From Gammaproteobacteria bacterium (GTDB lineage Bacteria; Pseudomonadota; Gammaproteobacteria; CAJXQU01): a DNA stretch of 64,000 nucleotides. Under the pieces are notes generated by a model. That model was not told the DNA's origin. It did no database searches and worked only from the letters and a program-made list of their open reading frames with translations. Below, one piece after another: positions 9,921 to 18,748 of this stretch; positions within the stretch are counted from its first letter, which is position 1, and every line of letters begins with the position of its first letter. A program made the position numbers and the translations under genes. The stretch lies in NCBI GenBank assembly GCA_965238175.1, contig CBDEGZ010000003.1, forward strand, positions 1,408,001 through 1,472,000, written 5' to 3'.

Positions 9921-12038
9921 TTATGCCGTTAGGTATTTATAAATAGTTGATATTTGTACTGGTAACTGTGAGATATCTGATATTAATTGATAGCGATTTG
10001 ATCCCAGCATATGAGGCAAATAATCGAGGCCTTCTTTATCAAAGGTTAAAACAAAAGGGTTTAAGGCCAGCGCGCTAGCTTCCTGGACAGCTTTGCGTGT
10101 ATCTTCAACTCCATAGTGGCCACGGTAACTATCAACATCATCGGGCTTACCATCTGTGAGCATGAAAAGTATTTTTGTTTTAGCTGAAGTTTCCAATAAA
10201 ATTTTACTCAAATGTCTGATCGAAGCTCCCATGCGAGTATATTGTTGTGGTTGCATAGCAAAAATACGTTGTTTAATCGATTTGCTATAGGGTTCGGAGA
10301 AATATTTGATTGGATAAATACGACAGCTATTTCGACCAGATCCAGAGAAGGCATAGATAGCATGTTGATCACCGAGTTTTTCCAAGACTTTACATAGTAG
10401 CCATGTAGATTGCTTAATGGCTTTATTCTTCCAACCGGATGTAGAACCGCTTATGTCGACAGCGAATAAAATTGCGACATCACGCTTATTTCTGTTGTTA
10501 CGGAGATAGAGTTTTTGATAATCACCTGTGTTTTTATTGATATTTGATCTGGCAGATATCCATGCATCAATATCGATCTCATCACCATCCGATTGATAGC
10601 GTATATATTTTTGATCGTTTAATAATAGATCAAATATTTTTTTGATCCGCTGTTCAGCATATTTCAACGAGTCTTCGGACTCATTGAGATCAGAAATCAT
10701 ATCTTCCGGTAACGGATCGACAGCGACTTCTTTAATGCAACACCAGTCTTTTCTATAATTATGTAATGATGCATCCCATTCCTTATAGTAAAAAATATCG
10801 TCAGCGTTATGTTTTACTACTGATAGATCATCTTGCAATTCACTTTCTTCAGGTTGTACTGGTAATGAGTCCCAAAGTTCCCGTCCAGTCTCACTTATTA
10901 GATCGGATTTTTGTTGCTCTTCTGAAAGAGGAGTACTGCGAATAAAAACGCGACTGTCTGATTTTATCTCCGTGTCTATATTCGCTATTAAGTTATCGAC
11001 ATTTTCAGTGGGGTTCATTATCTGTGGGCTATGAGCATCAGGCGTAAGTCCATTAATAATTTTGTCGGGTAGGAAATCTGGTTGATAACTAACGTTAGGT
11101 AATAGATATTTTTGATCAATTAGTTTGTTTGTGAGATCAATACTGCTTTTGACTGAAGTATGATCATAATCCACAAAAATATTTTCTGGATAATCGACCT
11201 GATTTTTGATATTCAGTGATTCGATATCTCGCCAGATCCCAGGATAGTCATGACGAATAGTTTGATCAATCCTTAATGTTTCGATTGTAGAGAATAATTC
11301 TAGATAACTTTGACCGTATCTTTCTTCAGTATCCTGTAATGCTTGCACGGCGTCCCATGTACGGTAATGAACCTGACCAACGAGATGAAATATTAATATT
11401 TTATAAAGTTTGTAATTATCCGCATAATTATCAAAAGTTGCGATGCTTGAAGGTAAATATAGTTGATGGCCATCAGTATAGGCAAAACTGCCATCCTTAG
11501 TTTGTATCGAAATAGGTATTTGAGATTTGTGAATGCTTATGGCTAATTTATCGATCGTATCTATTACCTTATTTAATTCTACAACGTGGATTTGAACGTT
11601 ATTGATCCTAGTGTAGTTTTTATAGTCACTAATTAAATCGCTAGCCGCTTTTGAATCATTTGCTTGCAGATAATGTTGAACATCCTCGAGCCAATGTTCA
11701 TATTGATCTTGTTCCATATTATCTAAAACGGAAGATGAAGCTAATAAAAGCTGATAAGCATGCTCTGATGACAGATTAGATATCAAGCGTAGTTGTGACA
11801 AGAAAAAAGACTGAGTTGGATGACTACGTTTTGCTAATTCATTAGCCGGTTTTATTATCGGTGCTTTAGATTTTAAATTGCCTAGAATCAATTCAATTCT
11901 AATTTTAAGTTCGGTACTGCTCATACCTCCACACGAACCTGTTTGTTTTGATTCCAGAGAACCATGCTTTTCTGAACGTAACTTGTTTAGTTTATTAGAA
12001 TGGCCTGTACGATCAAACCATTTTGATAAAAACTTCAT
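9921..12038 (-). CDS. NorD/CbbO-family VWA-domain protein
   Basis: YKEWD...YRKDWC, GDEIDIDA, MIDAS DISGS, YTRMGASIRH, LTDGKPDD; ATG start at 12038 preferred over TTG at 12086. Confidence 0.88.
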   Translation of the reverse strand: MKFLSKWFDRTGHSNKLNKLRSEKHGSLESKQTGSCGGMSSTELKIRIELILGNLKSKAPIIKPANELAKRSHPTQSFFLSQLRLISNLSSEHAYQLLLASSSVLDNMEQDQYEHWLEDVQHYLQANDSKAASDLISDYKNYTRINNVQIHVVELNKVIDTIDKLAISIHKSQIPISIQTKDGSFAYTDGHQLYLPSSIATFDNYADNYKLYKILIFHLVGQVHYRTWDAVQALQDTEERYGQSYLELFSTIETLRIDQTIRHDYPGIWRDIESLNIKNQVDYPENIFVDYDHTSVKSSIDLTNKLIDQKYLLPNVSYQPDFLPDKIINGLTPDAHSPQIMNPTENVDNLIANIDTEIKSDSRVFIRSTPLSEEQQKSDLISETGRELWDSLPVQPEESELQDDLSVVKHNADDIFYYKEWDASLHNYRKDWCCIKEVAVDPLPEDMISDLNESEDSLKYAEQRIKKIFDLLLNDQKYIRYQSDGDEIDIDAWISARSNINKNTGDYQKLYLRNNRNKRDVAILFAVDISGSTSGWKNKAIKQSTWLLCKVLEKLGDQHAIYAFSGSGRNSCRIYPIKYFSEPYSKSIKQRIFAMQPQQYTRMGASIRHLSKILLETSAKTKILFMLTDGKPDDVDSYRGHYGVEDTRKAVQEASALALNPFVLTFDKEGLDYLPHMLGSNRYQLISDISQLPVQISTIYKYLTA

Positions 12039-12069
12039 ATTTTTAAAGATTCTACATTCAAATGTAGTT

Positions 12070-12115
12070 AGCTTAGATTGAATCAACAGACGCTTTATAT
12101 ACGTACTTATACTGA
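12070..12115 (-). promoter_or_regulatory. Palindromic box (TACGTA-CTTA-TACTGA on +) with putative -10 TAAGCT for the norD/Q-like genes
   Basis: Box 12100-12115; on minus strand TAAGCT at 12075-12070, 24 nt from box edge. Confidence 0.5.
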
Positions 12116-12222
12116 ATAATTACTACAAGAGAAACACTCTGGTTGAGATCGATTATACATTCAGTCCGCGGTGCTGAAGTTGAGCAGTTTTTGACAAATT
12201 ATTACTAGCATGCTTAACAAGA

Positions 12223-12268
12223 TAGGGATATTTACGTATTCACAGCTTAATTGTTTATAACTTATTGT
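12223..12268 (+). promoter_or_regulatory. Box TAGGGA-TATT-TACGTA + -35 TTCACA + putative -10 TATTGT (monooxygenase operon promoter)
   Basis: GGATATTTACGTATTCACA (12226-12244) is identical to 22129-22147. Confidence 0.7.
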
Positions 12269-12373
12269 ATTGACATGTTCGGAGGAAATTCGAGCAAAAA
12301 GGTGGAGTGGGATTAGGAGTTAATTCCCAACAATAACAAATTAACAGTAATAAAACATGAGGTGTTAAATACG

Positions 12374-13555
12374 ATGAATAAGTTTTTAATCAATATTCGG
12401 TATTTTATGGCGCCAATACTCATACTAGTGAGTATGTTTGGCGTTTTAATTGGCGGTCCATTTGTATGGACAGGTGTCGTACTTTTTGGTGTTGGGATTA
12501 TCTTAGATACTCTTACCATGTCTATGCATCCAGATGGAGCTGGTGTCGATGAAGATGGTGACACAAATGGTATTCCTGGATTGCAGAACATGGTGATGTA
12601 CATCATGTTGCCAGTATTTGCACTTCTTCAAGTCGCTATGGCTTGGCGGATCTACCAATACGTAGGTGGTGTACCTATGGAACCGGGGATGCTCTTTGGT
12701 ATGTTGCCTGTGCAAAATGGAATAACAGGAGCACAGTTAGTAGGTGCGACTATTTCTACGGGTGTCTTTGCCGGTATCGGTATTATCTATGGGCATGAGT
12801 TAGCTCATACTAAAGGGTTTAGCTTTGTAATTTCACGCTTAATGATGGGTTTAAGTGGTTCTGCACATTTCTGCTATGCACACGTTTATAACCATCATCT
12901 AGAGCTTGCACATGAAGATGATCCTGCAACTTCTCCAAGAGGTCGCGGTATCTATAGGCACTTTTGGTTGTCGCATATGGGGCAATCAAAATTCCTTTTC
13001 CGAATGGAAAAAGAACGTTTGGCTAAATTAGGCAAGTCTTTCATATCTTTAGATAACCGTTGGATCCGCGGTTATTTCATGAGCTTACCAACAATTCTTT
13101 TATTCTTGTGGGTTGGTGGACCTATTGGAATCGCTTGCATGTTTCTGATTTGGACTGTGTCTAATTTTGAATTAGAAGCACTTAACTATATGGAACATTA
13201 TGGTCTTATCCGAGAAAAAGGTCAGCCTATCGATTACCGACACTCATGGGATAACGATAATTTATTCAGTGCTTGGTTCTTTATTGAAATAGGTAGACAA
13301 GGTGATCATCATGATCGTGGTGAAACACATTTTTGGGAATTAGATAACGTTGGATCTCCTAATGCAAGATGGGGATATTTCACAGAGTTTACCTATGCAT
13401 TAGTTCCTCCCCTATATCATGCAGTCATGAAAAATAAGCTTGCGACATGGGACAAAGAGTTTGCTAGTGAAGGTGAGCTTGAGATAGCAGCCCGGATTAA
13501 TAAACAGGCTAATTATGAAGTGTCAGAAGATTTCACTGATTACGCCAAAATATAA
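12374..13555 (+). CDS. AlkB/XylM-family integral-membrane diiron monooxygenase
   Basis: His boxes HELAH, HVYNHH, NYMEHYG, RQGDHH; TM helices; DPATSPRG and ALVPPLY; RBS GAGGTG before ATG 12374. Confidence 0.9.
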   Translation: MNKFLINIRYFMAPILILVSMFGVLIGGPFVWTGVVLFGVGIILDTLTMSMHPDGAGVDEDGDTNGIPGLQNMVMYIMLPVFALLQVAMAWRIYQYVGGVPMEPGMLFGMLPVQNGITGAQLVGATISTGVFAGIGIIYGHELAHTKGFSFVISRLMMGLSGSAHFCYAHVYNHHLELAHEDDPATSPRGRGIYRHFWLSHMGQSKFLFRMEKERLAKLGKSFISLDNRWIRGYFMSLPTILLFLWVGGPIGIACMFLIWTVSNFELEALNYMEHYGLIREKGQPIDYRHSWDNDNLFSAWFFIEIGRQGDHHDRGETHFWELDNVGSPNARWGYFTEFTYALVPPLYHAVMKNKLATWDKEFASEGELEIAARINKQANYEVSEDFTDYAKI

Positions 13556-13648
13556 TTCATAACAACTATGTTAATAGGTCTGGGACATCAAGTCTCAGAT
13601 CTATATTTAATAAAGTTACGAATATTAAAAAAGGTAAAGGAGAACATC

Positions 13649-14008
13649 ATGAGTGAAAGTTTATATGACAGGCTTGGTGGACATGATTCTATAAAGGAAC
13701 TTGCAGCAACAGTCTTTGCAAACCACTGCAAGAATCCATCGATAAAAACGCGTTATGCGGACAGTGATACAGATGAAGTAGTGCGAAAAGTAACAGAGTT
13801 TATGTGTGCAGGTTTTGGTGGTACAGAAACTTATACCGGACAAGATATGTTGACTGCACATACAGGAATGAACATTTCTGAAGCTGAGTTTAATGCGGTA
13901 GTTGATGACGTTATGTCAGCACTGGACACTCATCGTGTTGGTGATGTTGAGAAAAATGAAATCCTTTGTGCTCTTTGGTCAATGAGACCAGAGATAGTAC
14001 ATGTATAA
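13649..14008 (+). CDS. Group I truncated (2/2) hemoglobin, cytoplasmic
   Basis: SLYDRLGG, GG-YTGQDM..AH.GMNISEAEF; RBS AGGAG before ATG 13649. Confidence 0.92.
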   Translation: MSESLYDRLGGHDSIKELAATVFANHCKNPSIKTRYADSDTDEVVRKVTEFMCAGFGGTETYTGQDMLTAHTGMNISEAEFNAVVDDVMSALDTHRVGDVEKNEILCALWSMRPEIVHV

Positions 14009-14057
14009 AAGGATTTATAGAAAGACAACATAAATAAAAATAAAGAGAGGTTCTAAG

Positions 14058-14237
14058 ATGAAAGTTGAATGGGATGAGAAAGCATGTCAACACGCAGGAG
14101 TATGCGTTAAAACATTACCAGCTGTTTTTAAAATAGAGGATGGAAGTTTCGTTATAGATCCTCCAGCAGCCTCTGAAGAAGAAGTAAGGGATGTTCTCGC
14201 TAAATGTCCATCAGGTGCTTTAACTGCGAAAGATTAA
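14058..14237 (+). CDS. Small divergent 4Fe-4S monocluster ferredoxin (YjdI/Fer4_19-like), 59 aa, absent from ORF track
   Basis: Hand translation MKVEWDEKACQHAGVCVKTLPAVF...AKCPSGALTAKD; RBS GAGAGG. Confidence 0.85.
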   Translation: MKVEWDEKACQHAGVCVKTLPAVFKIEDGSFVIDPPAASEEEVRDVLAKCPSGALTAKD

Positions 14238-14287
14238 AAACAATTTTTCATATAATAAAAATTATATAGTTTTTGGAGGAGAGTTAA

Positions 14288-14974
14288 ATGTCTATTGGAG
14301 ATCATTTATCAGACGTAAAAGTACTTTGGGGGGTTGCAGGTTGTGCAAACACAAGTAAATGCCTTCTAACCGCAGCAGAAAAGGGGGTTGATATCGACGG
14401 AAGATCAGTTGATATGCAATCAGAGTCAGCAATGAACGAGATATTAAGTTTCTCACCATTTGGCTTGCTCCCAGTCCTGAAAGATGTTGATTTTTACGTC
14501 TATGGAACAAGCGCAATAATGTCTTACCTTGATGATAAAGGTTTCGGCAATTCATTGGTTCCACGTAATGCAGTTGCAAGAACTCAACAATATCAATGGA
14601 TTCATATTGCGAACGACGTATTTTCTAAAGCAGTAGAGAAATTAAGTGGTGATAGTAATGATGCTTCAGCAATTTCTGAAGTGAAAAATATATTGTCAGC
14701 GTTAGATGCACGGTTAGGATCGAAACAACAAAGAGGTGATTATATTATTGGTGATTTCAGTCTTGCTGATATTCACTGGGCACCATACATTCATCACTGC
14801 TGTTTATATGGGCAAGAATCATTAGTTGATGCTCTTCCAAATGTTAAAACATGGTGGAGCCATATGAAAATAAGAAAGAGTACAAGCAAAGAAAATTACA
14901 CAGCTTATACCGTCTTGCCATCACTTGATGAAATTCGTAGTAACAAGTTGCGATCTGTCAGTATTAATGTCTAA
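14288..14974 (+). CDS. Glutathione S-transferase family protein
   Basis: SPFGLLPVLKD, AIMSYLD, YIIGDFSLADI. Confidence 0.88.
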   Translation: MSIGDHLSDVKVLWGVAGCANTSKCLLTAAEKGVDIDGRSVDMQSESAMNEILSFSPFGLLPVLKDVDFYVYGTSAIMSYLDDKGFGNSLVPRNAVARTQQYQWIHIANDVFSKAVEKLSGDSNDASAISEVKNILSALDARLGSKQQRGDYIIGDFSLADIHWAPYIHHCCLYGQESLVDALPNVKTWWSHMKIRKSTSKENYTAYTVLPSLDEIRSNKLRSVSINV

Positions 14975-15011
14975 AGTTTTTGAATTATTAACTCGGCAAG
15001 GATGAGTATTT

Positions 15012-16106
15012 ATGTTTGGTTTTTTTAAAAACAAAAAACAAAATTATGAGGCTGAGGTTATTTCTGCTAGGAAGACGCTGACAGTAAAGCCTGGTGAGAA
15101 TTTACTAAAAACAGCACTTGAAGCAGGAATAGCCTGGCCGAATGATTGTCGGGTTGGCAGTTGTGGCACATGTAAATGTCGATTGGTAGATGGAAAGATC
15201 AAACCACTTGCCGACTTTAGTTACGTACTTGAAGGAGACGAACTTAGAGATGGTTACATACTTGCTTGCCAGACGGCTTTAAAAACTAATATCAAAGTAG
15301 ATGTTGAATTACTTGAAACGAATGGTGTTGAGCAAACTAAACTTTGGGGATCTGATGCGCTTATTTCAGAGATCAATGATTTAACTCATGACATTAAGGA
15401 AATAGTTGTTCAGATAACTGATCCAAAGCTTTTAGCTTCTAGCGATATTTTGTACAAGGCTGGAGAGTGTGCAGAGCTTAAATTGCCTCATATTGATCAG
15501 GCACGATCCTATTCATTTGCAAGTGCTCCAAAGCCAGGGCAAAAAGATTTTCGTTTTTACATCAGATTAGTTCCTGGTGGTGAATTTACTACTTGGTTAT
15601 TTGATGCAGATAGAACAGGTGAAGCATTAAAAATATCGGGGCCATATGGTGGTTTTTGGTTAAGAGAAGAGACTACACCGATTATTTGTGTTGCAGGTGG
15701 CAGTGGCATGAGTGCAATTATTGGGATTTTACAAGGTGCAATGCAAGAAAATATTAAACGTGATGTACGTTTTCTATTTGGTGCGAGAACACAAGCAGAT
15801 CTTTATTGTGACGAAATAATTAGTGAATTAGCTAACTATTGGGAAAGTCAGAATCTTGGGAAATTCGAATATATACCTTGTTTATCTGAGGAGCCTGAAG
15901 GCACTTCATGGCAAGGTAATAAGGGATTTGTAACAGAGTTTATAACTAATGGTTCAAGTGATCAGATAGTTGGACAAGCTTATCTATGTGGTCCTCCGGG
16001 GATGATCGATGCCGCTATCAGCGTTTTTGAAGAAAATGGCATGAATAGCGAAGCAATATTCTTCGATAAATTCCTCGATAGTAGCAGTATGCCTGGAGGC
16101 AGGTAA
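15012..16106 (+). CDS. 2Fe-2S ferredoxin - FAD/NAD(P)H reductase (XylA-like monooxygenase electron transfer component)
   Basis: CRVGSCGTC...LACQ, RSYS, GPYG, AGGSG, YLCGPPGM, FDKF. Confidence 0.92.
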   Translation: MFGFFKNKKQNYEAEVISARKTLTVKPGENLLKTALEAGIAWPNDCRVGSCGTCKCRLVDGKIKPLADFSYVLEGDELRDGYILACQTALKTNIKVDVELLETNGVEQTKLWGSDALISEINDLTHDIKEIVVQITDPKLLASSDILYKAGECAELKLPHIDQARSYSFASAPKPGQKDFRFYIRLVPGGEFTTWLFDADRTGEALKISGPYGGFWLREETTPIICVAGGSGMSAIIGILQGAMQENIKRDVRFLFGARTQADLYCDEIISELANYWESQNLGKFEYIPCLSEEPEGTSWQGNKGFVTEFITNGSSDQIVGQAYLCGPPGMIDAAISVFEENGMNSEAIFFDKFLDSSSMPGGR

Positions 16107-16170
16107 TTATTAAAAGCTTAAGGCACACAAAAAAGCCTTATTTAAAAACTAAAAGTAGGAGGTAAGGAAA

Positions 16171-16377
16171 ATGGCTTCATTTAGAGCGCTAATAGTAATG
16201 GCAATTTGGACAGGAATTGTTGGTTATGGTCTGTACCAAATAGGTGCACACGTTAATTACAGAGATCCTTTGTGGGCACTTGGAACAGGCACAGCATTGC
16301 TAATAACTCATATGGTTAATATGTACATTTATTTCAAAGTGGCAGGAGAAAAACCATTTCAGTGGTTCGCTAGTTAG
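16171..16377 (+). CDS. Small two-TM membrane protein of unknown function
   Basis: 68 aa, two hydrophobic segments, strong RBS (GGAGG/AAGGA), inside the operon. Confidence 0.7.
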   Translation: MASFRALIVMAIWTGIVGYGLYQIGAHVNYRDPLWALGTGTALLITHMVNMYIYFKVAGEKPFQWFAS

Positions 16378-16538
16378 CCTGGTTTTTTATTAGTAATTAG
16401 TGGGAAGAATAAGTGGAACACTAGCAAGTGACATAAAAAAGTATGTCTCTTTCGATAAGTCAAATGAGGGTTACTTATTGTTAGATAACATAGATAGATA
16501 TAAAAATAATTTAACGTATCCTGAGGGAGTATTTAACA

Positions 16539-17753
16539 ATGAAACGAAAAATATTAGCGGTAGTGATGGCGTCGTTATATATACCAGCAAGCCAAGCTGG
16601 AACATTTGGTACGGATTTAAATAATAACATGTTGCCAGCCACAGGGGGGATGGGTGGAGCATCTATTGCACGTACGGTCGAACCTGCAGCGGCAGTGTTT
16701 GGAAATCCAGCAACTTTAACAGAGTACAACGAAGGCACTAGTTTTACTTTTGGAGCAACATTTTTTGATCCGACACTTGAGGCTGAGCATGATGGTAGTA
16801 TCACTGGTACAGCTTGGGAAGGGACATCCAATGCAAATGACTATTTGGTACCTACAGTTGCTGTCACACAAGCATTTAGCCCTAACCTGGTAGTTGGACT
16901 AGGTTTAACTGCAACTTCAGGTGTTGGTTCAGATTTTAGAGGCACACCGAATAGTTTAGACCCTACTGGGGAGTTAATATTATTTGCTGCAAACCTAGGG
17001 GTTGGATATAAATTATCCGACAACCTATCACTGGGTGCGACGGCAACAATAGGTAATGGCTATTTTCAAGCCAGTTTGACTAATGATACAGGTTCAGCGC
17101 ATGATTTTGGCTTCAGAATTACAGCTGGTGCAAAGTATGATATTGGTGCTACAAGTATCGGTGCTTATTACCGAAGTAAGCTAAATATTGAATATGAACA
17201 ATATATTGCTAGAGGTGATGGTACATTTTGGGATGATCATGTTGCACAACCAGAAGAATTCGCAATTGGGATAGCGAATAACAGTTTGGTGGGAGGAAAC
17301 CTCCAGGTTAATTTAGACGTTATTCATAAAGACTGGTCAGATGCACAGTTCTACAAGGATTTCTATCGTGATCAAACAGTAGTTGCACTTGGCACACAAT
17401 TAACTACAGGACCGGCTCAATGGAGAATTGGATATAGTCATGCACGAGATCCTATCAAAAGAAACCTGCCACTTACGACTGTTATAGGCATAGGAAATAA
17501 CACAGAAATCGGTGCGCCAGGTGGTGGTAGTATTCCAGTTACGGGTGCTGTTGTGGAATATTTCCAAGCAACGAATGCAGCTGCGATATGGGAAGATACA
17601 ATAACAGCAGGTGTTGGTTATCAATTGTTACCTAATATTAAAATCGATTTACATGCAGCGTATACACTAGATGAAGATCAACAAATTGGTGGTACTAAAG
17701 TTGATATTGATGCTTGGCAACTTGGTTTTGGATTCACATGGTCTTTTAAATAA
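16539..17753 (+). CDS. FadL/TodX/TbuX-family outer-membrane channel
   Basis: Signal peptide; GMGGASIA..AAAVFGNPATL hatch motif; beta-barrel C-terminal aromatic pattern FGFTWSF. Confidence 0.85.
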   Translation: MKRKILAVVMASLYIPASQAGTFGTDLNNNMLPATGGMGGASIARTVEPAAAVFGNPATLTEYNEGTSFTFGATFFDPTLEAEHDGSITGTAWEGTSNANDYLVPTVAVTQAFSPNLVVGLGLTATSGVGSDFRGTPNSLDPTGELILFAANLGVGYKLSDNLSLGATATIGNGYFQASLTNDTGSAHDFGFRITAGAKYDIGATSIGAYYRSKLNIEYEQYIARGDGTFWDDHVAQPEEFAIGIANNSLVGGNLQVNLDVIHKDWSDAQFYKDFYRDQTVVALGTQLTTGPAQWRIGYSHARDPIKRNLPLTTVIGIGNNTEIGAPGGGSIPVTGAVVEYFQATNAAAIWEDTITAGVGYQLLPNIKIDLHAAYTLDEDQQIGGTKVDIDAWQLGFGFTWSFK

Positions 17754-17789
17754 ACCAGGTAAATAAGAAAAAATAAGAGAGAAATTAAT

Positions 17790-18275
17790 ATGAAAAGTTT
17801 AACGAAAAACCTACGAGTATTATTCGTAATTTGTGCGCTGTTCATGTCGTATAGTGTATATGCTGCTGATCATAGTGATGCACCCGTTGGTCCATCACTA
17901 TTTGATCGCATTGGTGGAGAAGCTAAAGCGCATCAAATTGTTGGTGATATTTGGACTAACCATACTCAAAATCCTATCGTCAAAGATCGATTTGCAAATA
18001 GTGATCCTGCCTATGTAAAAGCAAGGGTGTATGAAATCTTTGCTGCGGCAACTGGTGGACCTGTTGAGTACACTGGCAAAGATATGAAAACCACCCATGC
18101 AGGAATGAACATTAGTGAAATGGAATTTAATGCGGTAGTAGACGATGTACTAGCAGCTCTTGCTAAACATGGAGTAGCCCAGCAGGAGCAAAATGAAGTA
18201 CTAGCAATTCTTTGGTCTGTTAGAGGCGATATTGTAAATTCAAACATAACAACTAAAACACTAACTGCTGAATAA
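17790..18275 (+). CDS. Group I truncated hemoglobin with Sec signal peptide (periplasmic)
   Basis: Signal ending SVYA-A; SLFDRIGG, TGGPVEYTGKDMKTTHAGMNISEMEF. Confidence 0.9.
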   Translation: MKSLTKNLRVLFVICALFMSYSVYAADHSDAPVGPSLFDRIGGEAKAHQIVGDIWTNHTQNPIVKDRFANSDPAYVKARVYEIFAAATGGPVEYTGKDMKTTHAGMNISEMEFNAVVDDVLAALAKHGVAQQEQNEVLAILWSVRGDIVNSNITTKTLTAE

Positions 18276-18317
18276 AAAAGTATTAGCTGTTTTCAACGCA
18301 ATGTAGAAAACAAAGCT

Positions 18318-18357
18318 AAACATCAGGCTCTAATTCATTAAAGGGCCTGATGTTTTT
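18318..18357 (+). terminator. Rho-independent terminator ending the monooxygenase operon
   Basis: AAACATCAGGCTCT / AGGGCCTGATGTTT stem followed by T-run. Confidence 0.75.
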
Positions 18358-18432
18358 AATAATTAAATAATTATCTTTATTTAATACAGTAAAGAATTTC
18401 GAGTCATTTGAAAATCATCCGGAGGAATAAAA

Positions 18433-18708
18433 ATGCCTAAGTATCTTATTGAAAGAGATATACCAGACGCTGGTAGTTTGAAAGCAGAAGAATTAACTGG
18501 AATCTCACAAAAATCTTGTTCAATTTTAAAAGAAATGGGGCCTGAAATTCAGTGGGTTCATAGTTATGTAACAGACAATAAAGTATATTGTGTGTACAAC
18601 GCACCTGATGTAGAAGCAATTCAAACACATGCTGAAAAAGGTGGTTTTCCAGCAAACAGTATTTCTCAGATCAAAACAGTAATTGATCCTACAACTGCTG
18701 AAGGTTAA
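18433..18708 (+). CDS. DUF4242-family small protein
   Basis: MPKYLIERDIP...IQWVHSYV...KVYCVYNAP...HAEKGGFPAN. Confidence 0.8.
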   Translation: MPKYLIERDIPDAGSLKAEELTGISQKSCSILKEMGPEIQWVHSYVTDNKVYCVYNAPDVEAIQTHAEKGGFPANSISQIKTVIDPTTAEG

Positions 18709-18748
18709 TAGTTTAATTGATGAATTATTTTTAAGATCCTTAACTCTA

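Noticed and set aside
9101-12038. Evidence for denitrification or Calvin cycle
   Set aside because: No norCB or cbbLS/cbbM in the window
12374-13555. Calling the gene alkB for alkane degradation
   Set aside because: Family membership is clear, but the last His box differs, the reductase is XylA-type, and no rubredoxin or alkane pathway genes are nearby; substrate left open
13850-18150. Nucleotide similarity between ~13860-13910 and ~18100-18150 as a mobile repeat
   Set aside because: Explained by paralogy of the two globin genes
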